Below, piece after piece: positions 10,021 through 19,673 of a stretch of 64,000 nucleotides of DNA. The notes under the pieces were generated by a model. The model ran no database searches. It had not been told where the DNA came from and saw only the letters and a list, made by a program, of their open reading frames with translations. How positions within the stretch are numbered: position 1 is the stretch's first letter; the number at the start of each line of letters is the position of its first letter. Both the position numbers and the translations under genes were made by a program. This DNA comes from an uncultured Gemmatimonadales bacterium. GTDB taxonomy: Bacteria; Gemmatimonadota; Gemmatimonadetes; Gemmatimonadales; GWC2-71-9. The DNA lies in the NCBI GenBank assembly GCA_963748815.1, contig CAVVKJ010000010.1, positions 992,001-1,056,000 on the forward strand. Direction: 5' to 3'.

Positions 10021-10522
10021 GGGCCGGCGCGCGCGGCGAGACCCGGATGCCCCAATCCCTGAGTTGACCCGCCATCCGCTCCGGCAGGCGGTGCGTCCCC
10101 CGCTCCACCGCCGGTGTCATGTCGGACCGCATCTCGATCGTGACCGGCTCGACGCCGAGCGCCACGGTCATCTGCGGGAGGGTGCCCCGCACTTGCGCGA
10201 GGGTCAACACGTCGACGATATCGACCTGGTGCGCCGAGAGCTTCTGCCCCAGCACCCTGGGCAGGTCGGGTCCGTCCACGAAGACGTCCGCGCCGGGCGC
10301 GAGCCCGGCACGGATGGCATCGACCAGCAGCAGCTTCCCGGCGGACTCGATGTACGGGAGGAGGTTCATCCCCCAGGTTCCCCCGTCCATGAGCTCGACG
10401 CCCTCGCCCACCTCGAACTGGTCACGGAATCGCTCCAGCGCGATGATGCCGACGCCGTCGTCACCCATGATCGGGTTGCCGAGGCCCAGCACGAGGACCG
10501 GCCGGACACTACTCGTCCACAT
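10013..10522 (-). CDS. HyaD/HybD-family hydrogenase maturation endopeptidase
   Basis: VLGLGNPIMGDDGVG, DGGTWG, VDA, LSAHQ. Confidence 0.95.
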   Translation of the reverse strand: MWTSSVRPVLVLGLGNPIMGDDGVGIIALERFRDQFEVGEGVELMDGGTWGMNLLPYIESAGKLLLVDAIRAGLAPGADVFVDGPDLPRVLGQKLSAHQVDIVDVLTLAQVRGTLPQMTVALGVEPVTIEMRSDMTPAVERGTHRLPERMAGQLRDWGIRVSPRAPAHA

Positions 10523-11276
10523 AGTCGTGGTCGGCGCGAACGTAGTGACCACCGCTGACGATCCCCGACAGCCCGCCGCCGTGCTCGGTGATTTCCTTCC
10601 GCATCACGAGATAGATGTGGATGATGGGGAAGATGATGAACCACCAGACGCAGAGATGGTGCACGAGCCGGACCATCTGGATGCCGCCGACGGCGTTGAT
10701 CATCGGCTGCGTGAGGGAGTACCAGAATCCGCCAGGACTGGCCTGGCCGTACATCGAGAATCCGGTGACCACCACGACCACCGACACGACGTAGGTGAAG
10801 GTGTAGCTCAATTGCTGCAGCGGATTGTGCCCGATGTAGTGCACGCCCTCGCCCTCGCCGATCATCAGGTAGTACTTCACCTGCTTCCACAGGTTGACCC
10901 AGTCCCGCACGCGGATCGGGAAGAGCGCGGGCAGCCGCTCGAACTGGTTGCCCGCGAAGAGCCAGTACACCCGCACGAGGCCGGTCATCACAAACACGCC
11001 AGCGGCGATGTAGTGCGCCAGGCGGATGTAGCCCATCAGGTACTGCGGCGGCCCCCCGGTGGTCAGGAAATAGGGGCGGCCGATGTAGAGGCCGGTCACG
11101 ATCAGGACGACGATCGCGAGGGCCGCGATCCAGTGCATGGCGCGGAGCGGGGCGCCCCACGGTTCCACCCAACGGTAGTTTCCACTGGGGGGCGCGAACC
11201 GCGCCCCGAGGGGGAAGAGCGGCGAGTCGGCCATTGGCGGCGGCGCGGGGCCGTGCCGCGGAGTGGATGTCGTCAT
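10509..11276 (-). CDS. cybH: Ni/Fe-hydrogenase b-type cytochrome subunit (HyaC/HupC type)
   Basis: RAMHW, RLAHY, GHNPLQQLSY, RLVHH, IHIY; four TM helices. Confidence 0.93.
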   Translation of the reverse strand: MTTSTPRHGPAPPPMADSPLFPLGARFAPPSGNYRWVEPWGAPLRAMHWIAALAIVVLIVTGLYIGRPYFLTTGGPPQYLMGYIRLAHYIAAGVFVMTGLVRVYWLFAGNQFERLPALFPIRVRDWVNLWKQVKYYLMIGEGEGVHYIGHNPLQQLSYTFTYVVSVVVVVTGFSMYGQASPGGFWYSLTQPMINAVGGIQMVRLVHHLCVWWFIIFPIIHIYLVMRKEITEHGGGLSGIVSGGHYVRADHDYVDE

Positions 11277-12988
11277 TGGACCTTGACCTCCACGACCGGA
11301 TGTCCGTCGGCATCGAGCACGTGCACGCCGCACGACATGCAGGGATCAAAGGAGTGAATGGTGCGCAGGATCTCGAGTGGTTGCTCCGGCCGCACCAAGG
11401 GGTGGTGGTCCATGAGCGCCGCCTCGTACGGGCCGGGCACGCCCTGCTCGTCCCTCGGCGAGCAGTTCCAGGTGCTCGGCACGACGCACTGATACCGCGA
11501 AATCTTGCCGTCCTCGATCTGGACCCAGTGGCCGAGGGCGCCACGCGCGGCGTCGAGGTAGCCGTAACCCTGGGCCGACTTCGGCCAGGTTTCCGGATCC
11601 CACTTGTCGCCGTTGAAGGTGCGGGTGTCGCCGTTCTTGATGCGGTTCACCAGCTGGCCGTACCAGTTCTGCATCTGGTTGGCCAGCAGGACCGTCTCCA
11701 TGCAGCGGGCGCCGACGCGGCCGAGCGTGGAGAAGAGGGCGGCAGGTGGCACATCGAGCCGGGTCAGGAGTTCGGTGACGATTTCCTTGATGTCCTGCTG
11801 CCCGGCGGCGTAGCCGACCAGCATCCGCGAGAGAGGACCGACCTCCATGGGGCGCCCGTCGTACCGCGGCGACTTCATCCAGGTGTACTTCTTCTCGTCC
11901 TGCAGGTAGGTCCACGGCGTCGGCGGGCCGGTGTACTTCGGCACCGTCTCCCCTTCCCACGGGTGGAGCGAAGCGGCGTCGCCGCCGGAGTACTCGTACC
12001 AGGAACTGGTGATGCCTTCCGTCACCAGCGTGTGGTCGTAGGGGTAGACCTTCGAGAGGTCCCGGTTCAGGACGATCCCGCGCGGGAAGTAGAGCGAATC
12101 GAGGTCGTTGCTGTCCACCGAGGCGTACTCGCCCACGGTCAGGTAGTTGCCGGTGCCGCCGCCGATGGCGCCCCAGTCCTTGTAGAACCCGGCGATGGCC
12201 TGCACGTCGGGCCAGTACACCTCGTCGACGAAGCGCTTGGCGCGGGTGATCATCGCCTGCACATCGGCGAGCCGCGCCGCGTTGATGGTGGCGGTGTCGT
12301 TGAGGTTGATGGCGCTGGCCATGCCGCCGACGAGGAAATTCGGGTGCGGATTCTTGCCGCCGAAGATGGTGTGGAGCCGGATGACGTCCTTCTGCCAGTC
12401 GAGCGCCTCGAGGTAATGCGCCACCGCCAGCAGGTTGACCTCCGGCGGGAGCTTGTAGGCGGGGTGGCCCCAGTACCCGTTGGTGAAGATGCCGAGCTGG
12501 CCGCCGGCGGCGAAGGTCTTGATCCGGTTCTGCACTTCCGCGAAGTAGGTGGCGGAGTTGTTCGGCCAGGGGGAGATGCTCTTGGCGATGGCGGCGGTCT
12601 TGGCCGGATCGGCGCTGAGCGAGCTGATGATGTCCACCCAGTCGAGCGCGTGCAGGTGGTAGAAGTGGATGACGTGGTCCTGGATGGTCTGCATCCCGTG
12701 GACCAGGTTGCGGATGAGGGTGGCGTTGGGCGGGATGGTGATGCCCAGCGCGTCCTCCACCGCACGACAGGAGGCCACGGCGTGCACGACCGTGCAGACG
12801 CCACAGATGCGCTGGGTGAAGGCCCAGGCGTCGCGCGGGTCGCGCCCCGTCATGATGGTCTCGATGCCGCGGAACTGCGTGGACGATGCCCAGGCCGTGG
12901 AGATCATCCCGTTCTCGGCCTGCGCCTCGATCCGGAGGTGTCCCTCGATCCGGGTGATGGGGTCTACGACCACTTTAGTCCTGGCCAT
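11273..12988 (-). CDS. Group 1 [NiFe]-hydrogenase large subunit
   Basis: DPITRIEGHL, L1 QRICGVCTVVH, L2 SFDPCMSCGVH plus a cleavable tail VLDADGHPVVEVKVQ. Start ATG 12988 after an AGGGAGG RBS. Confidence 0.97.
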   Translation of the reverse strand: MARTKVVVDPITRIEGHLRIEAQAENGMISTAWASSTQFRGIETIMTGRDPRDAWAFTQRICGVCTVVHAVASCRAVEDALGITIPPNATLIRNLVHGMQTIQDHVIHFYHLHALDWVDIISSLSADPAKTAAIAKSISPWPNNSATYFAEVQNRIKTFAAGGQLGIFTNGYWGHPAYKLPPEVNLLAVAHYLEALDWQKDVIRLHTIFGGKNPHPNFLVGGMASAINLNDTATINAARLADVQAMITRAKRFVDEVYWPDVQAIAGFYKDWGAIGGGTGNYLTVGEYASVDSNDLDSLYFPRGIVLNRDLSKVYPYDHTLVTEGITSSWYEYSGGDAASLHPWEGETVPKYTGPPTPWTYLQDEKKYTWMKSPRYDGRPMEVGPLSRMLVGYAAGQQDIKEIVTELLTRLDVPPAALFSTLGRVGARCMETVLLANQMQNWYGQLVNRIKNGDTRTFNGDKWDPETWPKSAQGYGYLDAARGALGHWVQIEDGKISRYQCVVPSTWNCSPRDEQGVPGPYEAALMDHHPLVRPEQPLEILRTIHSFDPCMSCGVHVLDADGHPVVEVKVQ

Positions 12989-14111
12989 CGTGACCTCCCT
13001 CCGCCGCCGCAGCCGCCTTCTTGCGCGAGCGAATCTGGTGTACGGTTGTGGCGGCGGCATGGGCGGCCACGCCGGCAATGGCACCGGCGGCCAACGCGGC
13101 GCCGATGGTGTCCGCCGTCTGCTCGATGCCGATTCCGGCCACGTTGGGGAGCCGGGTGTAGAACGGGGTCATCGTGTCCCAGAACCCGCGCTCGGTGCAT
13201 CCGATGCAGGGATGCCCGGCGCCGATGGGCCAACTGGTCTTCATGTTCCACATGAAGATCGGACAGGGGCTGAAGGTCGCCGGACCCTTGCACCCCACCT
13301 TATACAGGCACCACCCCTTGCGGGCGGCTTCGTCGTCAAACTCCTCCACGTACTGGCCGGCGTCGAAGTTGGCGCGGCGCGGGCACTGGTCGTGAATCCG
13401 CGCGCCGTAGGCGAAGAGCGGACGACCGTCGGCGTCGAGTTCCGGGAGCCCGCCGAAGGTCAGGTAGTGCACCAGCGTCGCGGTCACCGTCTCGGCGATC
13501 GGGGGGCACCCGGTCAGGTGGACCACCGGCTTGTCCTTGATGATCTCGGCGATGCCCACCGCCCCGGTGGGGTTCGGCTTGGCGGCCTGGACGCTGCCCC
13601 AATGGGCGCAGGCGCCCACGCCGATGACGGCCTTGGCGCCCGCGGCGGCCTCGATCAGCACCTCCTTGGCGGTCCGGCCACCGATCACGGTATAGATGCC
13701 GTCCTCCGCCAGCGGCACCGATCCGGTCACCACCAGGAGGTACTCCCCCATGTTGGCCTTCATCGAGGCGTGCAGCGCATCCTCCGCCGCCGTGCCCGAT
13801 GCCGCCATGAGGGTGTGGGAGTAGTCGAGGGAGACGATGTTGAGGATCAGCTCGCCGATGGAGGGATCGGCGCTGCGCAGGACACTCTCGACGCAGCCGG
13901 TGCATTCCTGCAGCTGGATCCAGATGACCACCGGCCGTTTGACGCCTTCCAGCGCGGCGGCCACGCGCGGGGCGGCCATTTCGGTCAGGCCGAGGAGGAC
14001 GGCCATCTGGCCGCAGAACTCGAGGAACTCGCGGCGCGACACGCCGCTCGCCTCGAGATGCTCTCCAAGGGTCTGGTCCTTGGCCCAGGGGAACTGCGTC
14101 GGAAAGAACAT
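12975..14111 (-). CDS. Group 1 [NiFe]-hydrogenase small subunit with Tat signal and C-terminal anchor
   Basis: SRREFLEFC Tat motif, ECTGC, GCPP, HDQCPRR, CLYKVGCKGP, GHPCIGC, C-terminal TM with His. Confidence 0.97.
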   Translation of the reverse strand: MFFPTQFPWAKDQTLGEHLEASGVSRREFLEFCGQMAVLLGLTEMAAPRVAAALEGVKRPVVIWIQLQECTGCVESVLRSADPSIGELILNIVSLDYSHTLMAASGTAAEDALHASMKANMGEYLLVVTGSVPLAEDGIYTVIGGRTAKEVLIEAAAGAKAVIGVGACAHWGSVQAAKPNPTGAVGIAEIIKDKPVVHLTGCPPIAETVTATLVHYLTFGGLPELDADGRPLFAYGARIHDQCPRRANFDAGQYVEEFDDEAARKGWCLYKVGCKGPATFSPCPIFMWNMKTSWPIGAGHPCIGCTERGFWDTMTPFYTRLPNVAGIGIEQTADTIGAALAAGAIAGVAAHAAATTVHQIRSRKKAAAAAEGGHDGQD

Positions 14112-14496
14112 CGTGTCGACCTCCGGTCCACTGGTGCGGGATGGACCGGCGGCGGGAGGAGCCCGCCGTCGGGGGGAATCCAACTGCCGCAACATCTGTG
14201 GCGGCCGATAAATGCGGTCTGAATAGTTTCTGAAGATGCGTTCAGTATTTCTACGTACTGACACGAAGGAGTTCCGGGCCCATCACCAGGAGTCGCCTCT
14301 TGAAGAGCTCATCAAAGTGGTCGCGTGGCGCTGCGGATCCGGTGATTGCCGTGCCCGAACCCAAGATTCTCCAAAGAGTTAGTGAAGGAACCATGAACTT
14401 TGTAACGAGACCCCCGTATTGCCACGGAGACCCATTGCGCGAAAGCCCGGATAGGGGAAAATTGCCTGCGTCCTCCCTCACTCAAGGGTCATTCTT
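14112..14496. promoter_or_regulatory. Divergent promoter region between the hydrogenase and multiheme cytochrome operons
   Basis: 385-bp region, visibly more AT-rich, between head-to-head operons; contains the near-palindrome TTGAAGAGCTCATCAA (14300-14315). Confidence 0.7.
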
Positions 14497-16180
14497 ATGA
14501 CGTCTCGCACCGTTCGCTCCCGCTCCTTCGCCGCCATCCTCGGCACCCTGGCGCTCTTCGTACTGGCCGGCTGCACCGAGACCAACACCGAGTATGTCGA
14601 GCGGCCGCAGTTCAACCCGCCGCCGGACTCGGTCAACGGCTACATGGGCTACTACAACGCCGCGACGAAGCAGACCACCTGCGGCAACTGCCACTCGGGG
14701 TATCAGGGCGAGTGGGTCACGACCGCGCACGCCGACGCATACGACGGGCTGGTCAACTCCGGCCACGCCCAGTCGTACTGCTTCGGCTGTCATACCGTGA
14801 GCGACCTCGGCAACACCGGCTCCGCCTCGGGCGAGCCGGGCGGGTGGGGCGTCGTCGAGAGCCCGGCCTATCACGACGTGCAGTGCGAGAGCTGCCACGG
14901 CCCGGGCTACGACCACGTGTCGAACCCGACCGACGACAACCATCCGCTCGCGCGCGCCGGCCTCAAGGACACCGTGGCCAGCTGCGGCGGTTGCCACAGC
15001 GGCGAGCACGAGCCCTTCACGGAGCAGTGGTCGCAGACCGGCCACGCCGACTCCACGGCCAACGCCAGCCCGGCCGGCAACGCGGCCGGCGGGTGCACGG
15101 CCTGCCACGAAGGTCGGACCGCCATGGCCCGATTCAACGGCGGCAAGCCGAGCACCTACATTGAGCTCGATTCTGTCGGCGAGATCACCACGCTGCCGCC
15201 GGCCACCTGCGCCGTCTGCCACGACCCGCACGGGAGCCCCTACCAGGCACAGCTGCGGCTGCCGGTGGATGCCCCCGACCTCACCGCCAACCTCTGCATG
15301 AACTGCCACAACCGGGGCACGGCGCCGCCGAACAACTTCTCCAATTCGACCGCGACCAGCACCAAGCGCGGCGCGCACGCGTCGCAGGGGCCGATCGTGC
15401 TCGGGCAGGGCGCCGGATACATCCCACGGTACTTCTCCTACGACACCGTCCGGGCGTACACGTCGCACGCCTCCATCAACAACCCGCGGCTTTGCGCCGG
15501 CTGCCACGTCAACTCCTTCGAAGTGACCGACGCGAACGGGTTCGTGTTCCAGTCGGTCGGACACCTCTTCTCGCCCGATCCCTGCCTCGACGCCAGTGGC
15601 GTCCCGACTACCGACAACAGCTTGCGCCTACCTGCCCAGTACCACCCGCAACTGGACCGGCTGTCTCGCCGCCGGCTGCCATGCCAGCGCCGACGTGGCG
15701 GCCACCGCGCTCACCAACAGCCGAAACCTGGTGGCCAGCCTCGCCGACCAGCTCTGGAACGACGTGAACCCGACGCTCAACAACGGCGGTGAGCCGTACA
15801 TGGATGCGGGGGACACTGGCGCGCTGGTTTACCTGCTCTTCACAGCCGGCAATCCGTATACGATGATCAATGCCACGGATAGCGTGCAGGCCTTCAACGC
15901 CAATGACAACATCGTCTCCCCGGCGGAAGGCGCCCTCTTCAACATCATGATGTTCGCCGAGGACCTGTACGATCACAACGACGGCTCCTACGGCGTCCAC
16001 AATCCCTTCTACTACCAGTCGCTGCTCGCGGCCAGCATCGCCGAAGTCAACGACGTCTACAATGCGTTCCTCCCGAGTCCGCCGAGCCCCGCCATCAAGG
16101 CGCTCATGGACAAGGCGCTGAGCCGCCCGGGGGTCACCTACAATCCACCGTCACGCACGAAGTTGAGCGCCGCACGTTAG
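14497..16180 (+). CDS. Multiheme c-type cytochrome lipoprotein, 9 heme motifs (+1 frameshift at 15622/15623)
   Basis: Lipobox VLAG-C; 8 CxxCH in 14497..15620; CLAAGCH and DGSYGVHNPFY in the next frame (15596..16180). Removing one T joins the two into about 560 aa. Confidence 0.88.
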
Positions 16181-16184
16181 CCGC

Positions 16185-18185
16185 GTGATCGCCCAGACAC
16201 TGCACTCGCTCTATCCGACCATGGCTCCCGGCACCACGCCGGGAGCCATGGTCGATTCTTTGCAGGCCGCCCAGGCCGACAGCGGACTGGTGCCCACGCC
16301 GCTGCCGGACCCGGTGGTCAACCTGGTCCAGTGGATCTTCCAGCGCCCGGGCTGGGTCATGGTCTCGGGGATCGTGATTGGCGCCGTCGTCGGCGTCGTG
16401 GCCGCCTGGTTCCTCTGGAAGCACCGCAGGGACATCTGGACCTGGCTCGCCACCCGGAGCCGCGGCACCAAGCTCCTGATGGTCTCGACCGCGGGTGTGT
16501 TCCTCCTCGCCGCCGGCACGGTGGGCTACAAGGTCAACCACTACATGGAACACGACAACGACTTCTGTCGCGGTTGCCATGTGTTCATTCCGTACGGCCA
16601 GCCGTTCGTCCGGCCCGATACCGGCACCTACCTGATCGTCAACCAGCTCGAGGGGAAGCACGACACCCTCGAGTGCCACGACTGCCACCTCCCCGACAAG
16701 ATCGCCCAGGCGCAGGAGCTGATCCTGTGGATGGTGGACCGGCCCGACAAGGTGCCGGAACACGCCAAGGTGCCGCCCACGGTCTGCAAGAGCTGCCACG
16801 AATCGGGGGAGGCCAAGGAAACCTGGCAGGAAATCGTCACCACCGCAGGGCACCGGGTCCACTTCGAGTCTGATTCGCTGAAGGACAAGAATCTGGAGTG
16901 CCTGACTTGCCACGCGCGGTCGGCGCACCGCTTCGAACCGGTGGACTCCACCTGCGCCCAGCAGGGATGTCACCTGACCGACGAGGTGACCATCAAGCTC
17001 GGCAAGATGACCGACGCGGTGGGGCTCCACTGTGCCGTCTGCCACGAGTTCACCGCCGCAGTGCCCAGACTGGCCACTGTTGATTCAGCCTCCGGGACCC
17101 TGGTCCCCGGGGACAACCAGTGCTTCAGCTGCCACGAAATGCAGCAGCGGCTCCAGGACTTCGACCCGACGCATGACCCGCATAACGGGAAGTGCGGGAT
17201 GTGCCACAACCCGCACACCAACGTCCAGCCGGACGACGCCCTCAAGAGCTGCGCGACAGCCGCCTGCCACGGCGACTGGCGCAAGGTCGAGTTCCACACC
17301 GGGGCGGCGCACCGCAAGGGGATCGAGGACTGCGAAACGTGCCACACGCCGCATGCCGCACGGGTGGACGCCAGCGCCTGCGCCAGTTGCCACGAACGGG
17401 TGCGCGGATCGGCCACCGGAAAGGCGGCGGGACGAAAGCCTCCCCTGCCCTTCGACACCACCAAGGCGCTCCGGTCGAGTTCGGCGCAGCCAGACCCGAC
17501 CAGCCCCCACGGAAAGGGCGATGCGCCGCCGGATGACGACCCTCCGGCGGCGTTGGTCTCTCAGGCCCCCGCCGACAGCTTCGAGCACGCCCGGCACAAG
17601 GACCTGAGCTGCATCACCTGCCACACGACCTCCAACCCGACCTCGACCCTGAACTTTGCCGCGCCGCGCGGGTGCCAGATCTGTCATCACACCGCCACCG
17701 CGAAGCGCGATTGCGCCGTCTGTCACACCCCCGCCGAGCAGGGCCCCGAGACGGTGCGCGTCACGGTCACCGTGCCGGAACATGCCCCCCGGCCCCGGGA
17801 GGTGTCGTTCGAGCACGCCAAGCACACCGAGGTGGCGTGCAAGGAGTGCCACGCCACGCCGGTGACGCTCGCCCCCGAGGCGCCGGTCAAGGGGTGCATC
17901 TCCTGCCACGACCAGCACCACACCGAGGCGAAGGACTGCGCCGCCTGTCACGCCGGCGGCGACATCGACACCCCCCATGCGCCCCCCGCCGTCGCCCATG
18001 AAGGGTGCGACGCCTGTCATACTCCGGCGCGTATCGCGCAGCTGACGCCGTCGCGGCCGTTCTGCCTGACCTGCCACCAGCCGCAGCGAGCCGATCACTA
18101 CCCGACGAAGGAGTGCACGCCGTGCCACCTCGACGCGACGCCGGCCGAATGGCGGTCGCGACTGGTGGGTGGGAGGGGCATGTGA
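16185..18185 (+). CDS. Membrane-anchored 20-heme cytochrome with NapC/NirT-like N-terminal domain
   Basis: Two N-terminal hydrophobic helices, then YMEHDNDFCRGCH; 18 CxxCH plus 2 Cx4CH counted. Confidence 0.88.
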   Translation: MIAQTLHSLYPTMAPGTTPGAMVDSLQAAQADSGLVPTPLPDPVVNLVQWIFQRPGWVMVSGIVIGAVVGVVAAWFLWKHRRDIWTWLATRSRGTKLLMVSTAGVFLLAAGTVGYKVNHYMEHDNDFCRGCHVFIPYGQPFVRPDTGTYLIVNQLEGKHDTLECHDCHLPDKIAQAQELILWMVDRPDKVPEHAKVPPTVCKSCHESGEAKETWQEIVTTAGHRVHFESDSLKDKNLECLTCHARSAHRFEPVDSTCAQQGCHLTDEVTIKLGKMTDAVGLHCAVCHEFTAAVPRLATVDSASGTLVPGDNQCFSCHEMQQRLQDFDPTHDPHNGKCGMCHNPHTNVQPDDALKSCATAACHGDWRKVEFHTGAAHRKGIEDCETCHTPHAARVDASACASCHERVRGSATGKAAGRKPPLPFDTTKALRSSSAQPDPTSPHGKGDAPPDDDPPAALVSQAPADSFEHARHKDLSCITCHTTSNPTSTLNFAAPRGCQICHHTATAKRDCAVCHTPAEQGPETVRVTVTVPEHAPRPREVSFEHAKHTEVACKECHATPVTLAPEAPVKGCISCHDQHHTEAKDCAACHAGGDIDTPHAPPAVAHEGCDACHTPARIAQLTPSRPFCLTCHQPQRADHYPTKECTPCHLDATPAEWRSRLVGGRGM

Positions 18186-19672
18186 ACCTGCGGAGCGCCG
18201 CCGCCGCGGTCGTGCTGGTGGTTTTCCTCCCGGCCGCCGGTTCGGCCCAGGGCTACAACCTTCGCCTCACGGGCGGCATCCAGGGGGTGAGCTTCCGCGG
18301 CTACACCGCGGACAGCATCCCCATCGACAGCGTGGTCACCACCGGCAACGGAAGCCTCGAGACCCCCACCGGCTACGCCGTGTCCTGCACCTCGGGCGTG
18401 GCCTACTGCAACTACTGGGTCCCGGGTCCCATCAACACCACTGCCCCCGCCGTGGCGCAGGCCGCGCTGACGATGTGGGGCCTCGGCCTCCCCGGCCTGC
18501 GCGTGCAGGTCAACGGCTACGCCACCACCGACTTCAACACCGCCGCCTCCTGGCCGGGCACCTCGCCCAACTTCCAGCTCATCGAGGGCTACGCCGAATA
18601 CGCCGCCCCCGCCTGGACGCTCGTCGCCGGGCGCAAGCTCATTGCCGGGCGCCTGGGGGCGTACGGCTTCGACGGCGGGCAACTCACGGGACGGCTCCCG
18701 AGTGCCGGGCTGGCGCTCTCGGGCTATGTCGGCTGGGGGCTGGCGCAGGGCTCGAACCTCCTCTTCACCTCCAGCGAGGCGAATCCCCAGGAGGACTACC
18801 AGCCGGCGGAGAGCCCGATCGTTGCCGGCTTGATCGGCACCTGGAATTCGCCGCACGCTGAACTGAGCGCCGAATACCGGAGGGAAGTGGACCAGACCAC
18901 CGACTACTTCGGGTCCGAGCGGATCGCCGCGTCGGCGACCCTCCGACCCTACGGAAGCTGGAGTCTGGTCGGCGGCGCGATTTACGACATGGCCAGCGGG
19001 CTGTGGGGCAGCGCAGACGCCGCTCTCCGCTTCGCCACCCCCAAGCTTGGCGTGGTGGCCGGGTATCGGCGCTACGCCCCGTTCTATGAGCTCTGGACCG
19101 TCTGGGGCGCCTTCAGTCCCGTACCGTACAACGCCCTCTACGGGTCCGTGTCGTACCAGGCCACGAAGCGGCTCCAGCTCCGGCTCCGCGGGGAGACCTA
19201 CCAGTTCGAGGATTCCGAGACCCTGACGCCGCTGGTTTCCATCGGCGACTCGGGATGGCGGTATTCGCTCGGTGGGACCTACCAGATTTCGAACGCCTGG
19301 CAGGCCCAACTCGGGTATGAGAACGAGTTCGGCACCGGCGCCTCGTCGAGCGGCTGGGACGGCAACGTCACCTTCTCGCCCAACGGCAAGTACTCCATCA
19401 TGGTGTACGGGAATTCGCTGTCACGACCGCTGGAATACCGCTGGGACCAGTCGGTGGTCCTCGTGTACGGGATGCAGGCCTCCGTGGTGGCGCGGGACAA
19501 CGTGAGCGTCGCCTTCACGATGGCCCGGTACGATGAAAACCGGGAACGTCCCGACGCCGCATCGTTCGAGTGGGACCAGATCCGCTTCGGGGCCAAGGTC
19601 GTCATGACCTTCAGCTCGGCCGACCGGCTGCCCCTCCCCAAGGCCATCACCAACCGACCGGCGGGGTACTGA
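18182..19672 (+). CDS. Putative outer-membrane beta-barrel (porin of a porin-cytochrome complex)
   Basis: GTG 18182 overlaps the previous stop (GTGA); signal peptide ending AGSA-Q; amphipathic strands rich in Tyr/Trp/Gly; no heme motifs; 496 aa; lies between two cytochromes. Confidence 0.75.
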   Translation: MNLRSAAAAVVLVVFLPAAGSAQGYNLRLTGGIQGVSFRGYTADSIPIDSVVTTGNGSLETPTGYAVSCTSGVAYCNYWVPGPINTTAPAVAQAALTMWGLGLPGLRVQVNGYATTDFNTAASWPGTSPNFQLIEGYAEYAAPAWTLVAGRKLIAGRLGAYGFDGGQLTGRLPSAGLALSGYVGWGLAQGSNLLFTSSEANPQEDYQPAESPIVAGLIGTWNSPHAELSAEYRREVDQTTDYFGSERIAASATLRPYGSWSLVGGAIYDMASGLWGSADAALRFATPKLGVVAGYRRYAPFYELWTVWGAFSPVPYNALYGSVSYQATKRLQLRLRGETYQFEDSETLTPLVSIGDSGWRYSLGGTYQISNAWQAQLGYENEFGTGASSSGWDGNVTFSPNGKYSIMVYGNSLSRPLEYRWDQSVVLVYGMQASVVARDNVSVAFTMARYDENRERPDAASFEWDQIRFGAKVVMTFSSADRLPLPKAITNRPAGY

Positions 19673-19673
19673 A

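Noticed and set aside
12975..14111. O2-tolerant [4Fe-3S] hydrogenase
   Set aside because: Both supernumerary cysteines are absent (ECTGC, WGSVQ).
14300..14315. FNR box
   Set aside because: Half-sites are 6 nt apart, not the 4 nt of TTGAT-N4-ATCAA; kept only as an unassigned palindrome.
14497..16180. NrfA nitrite reductase or MtrC/OmcA ortholog
   Set aside because: No CxxCK catalytic motif; nine hemes without the 5+5 MtrC layout.
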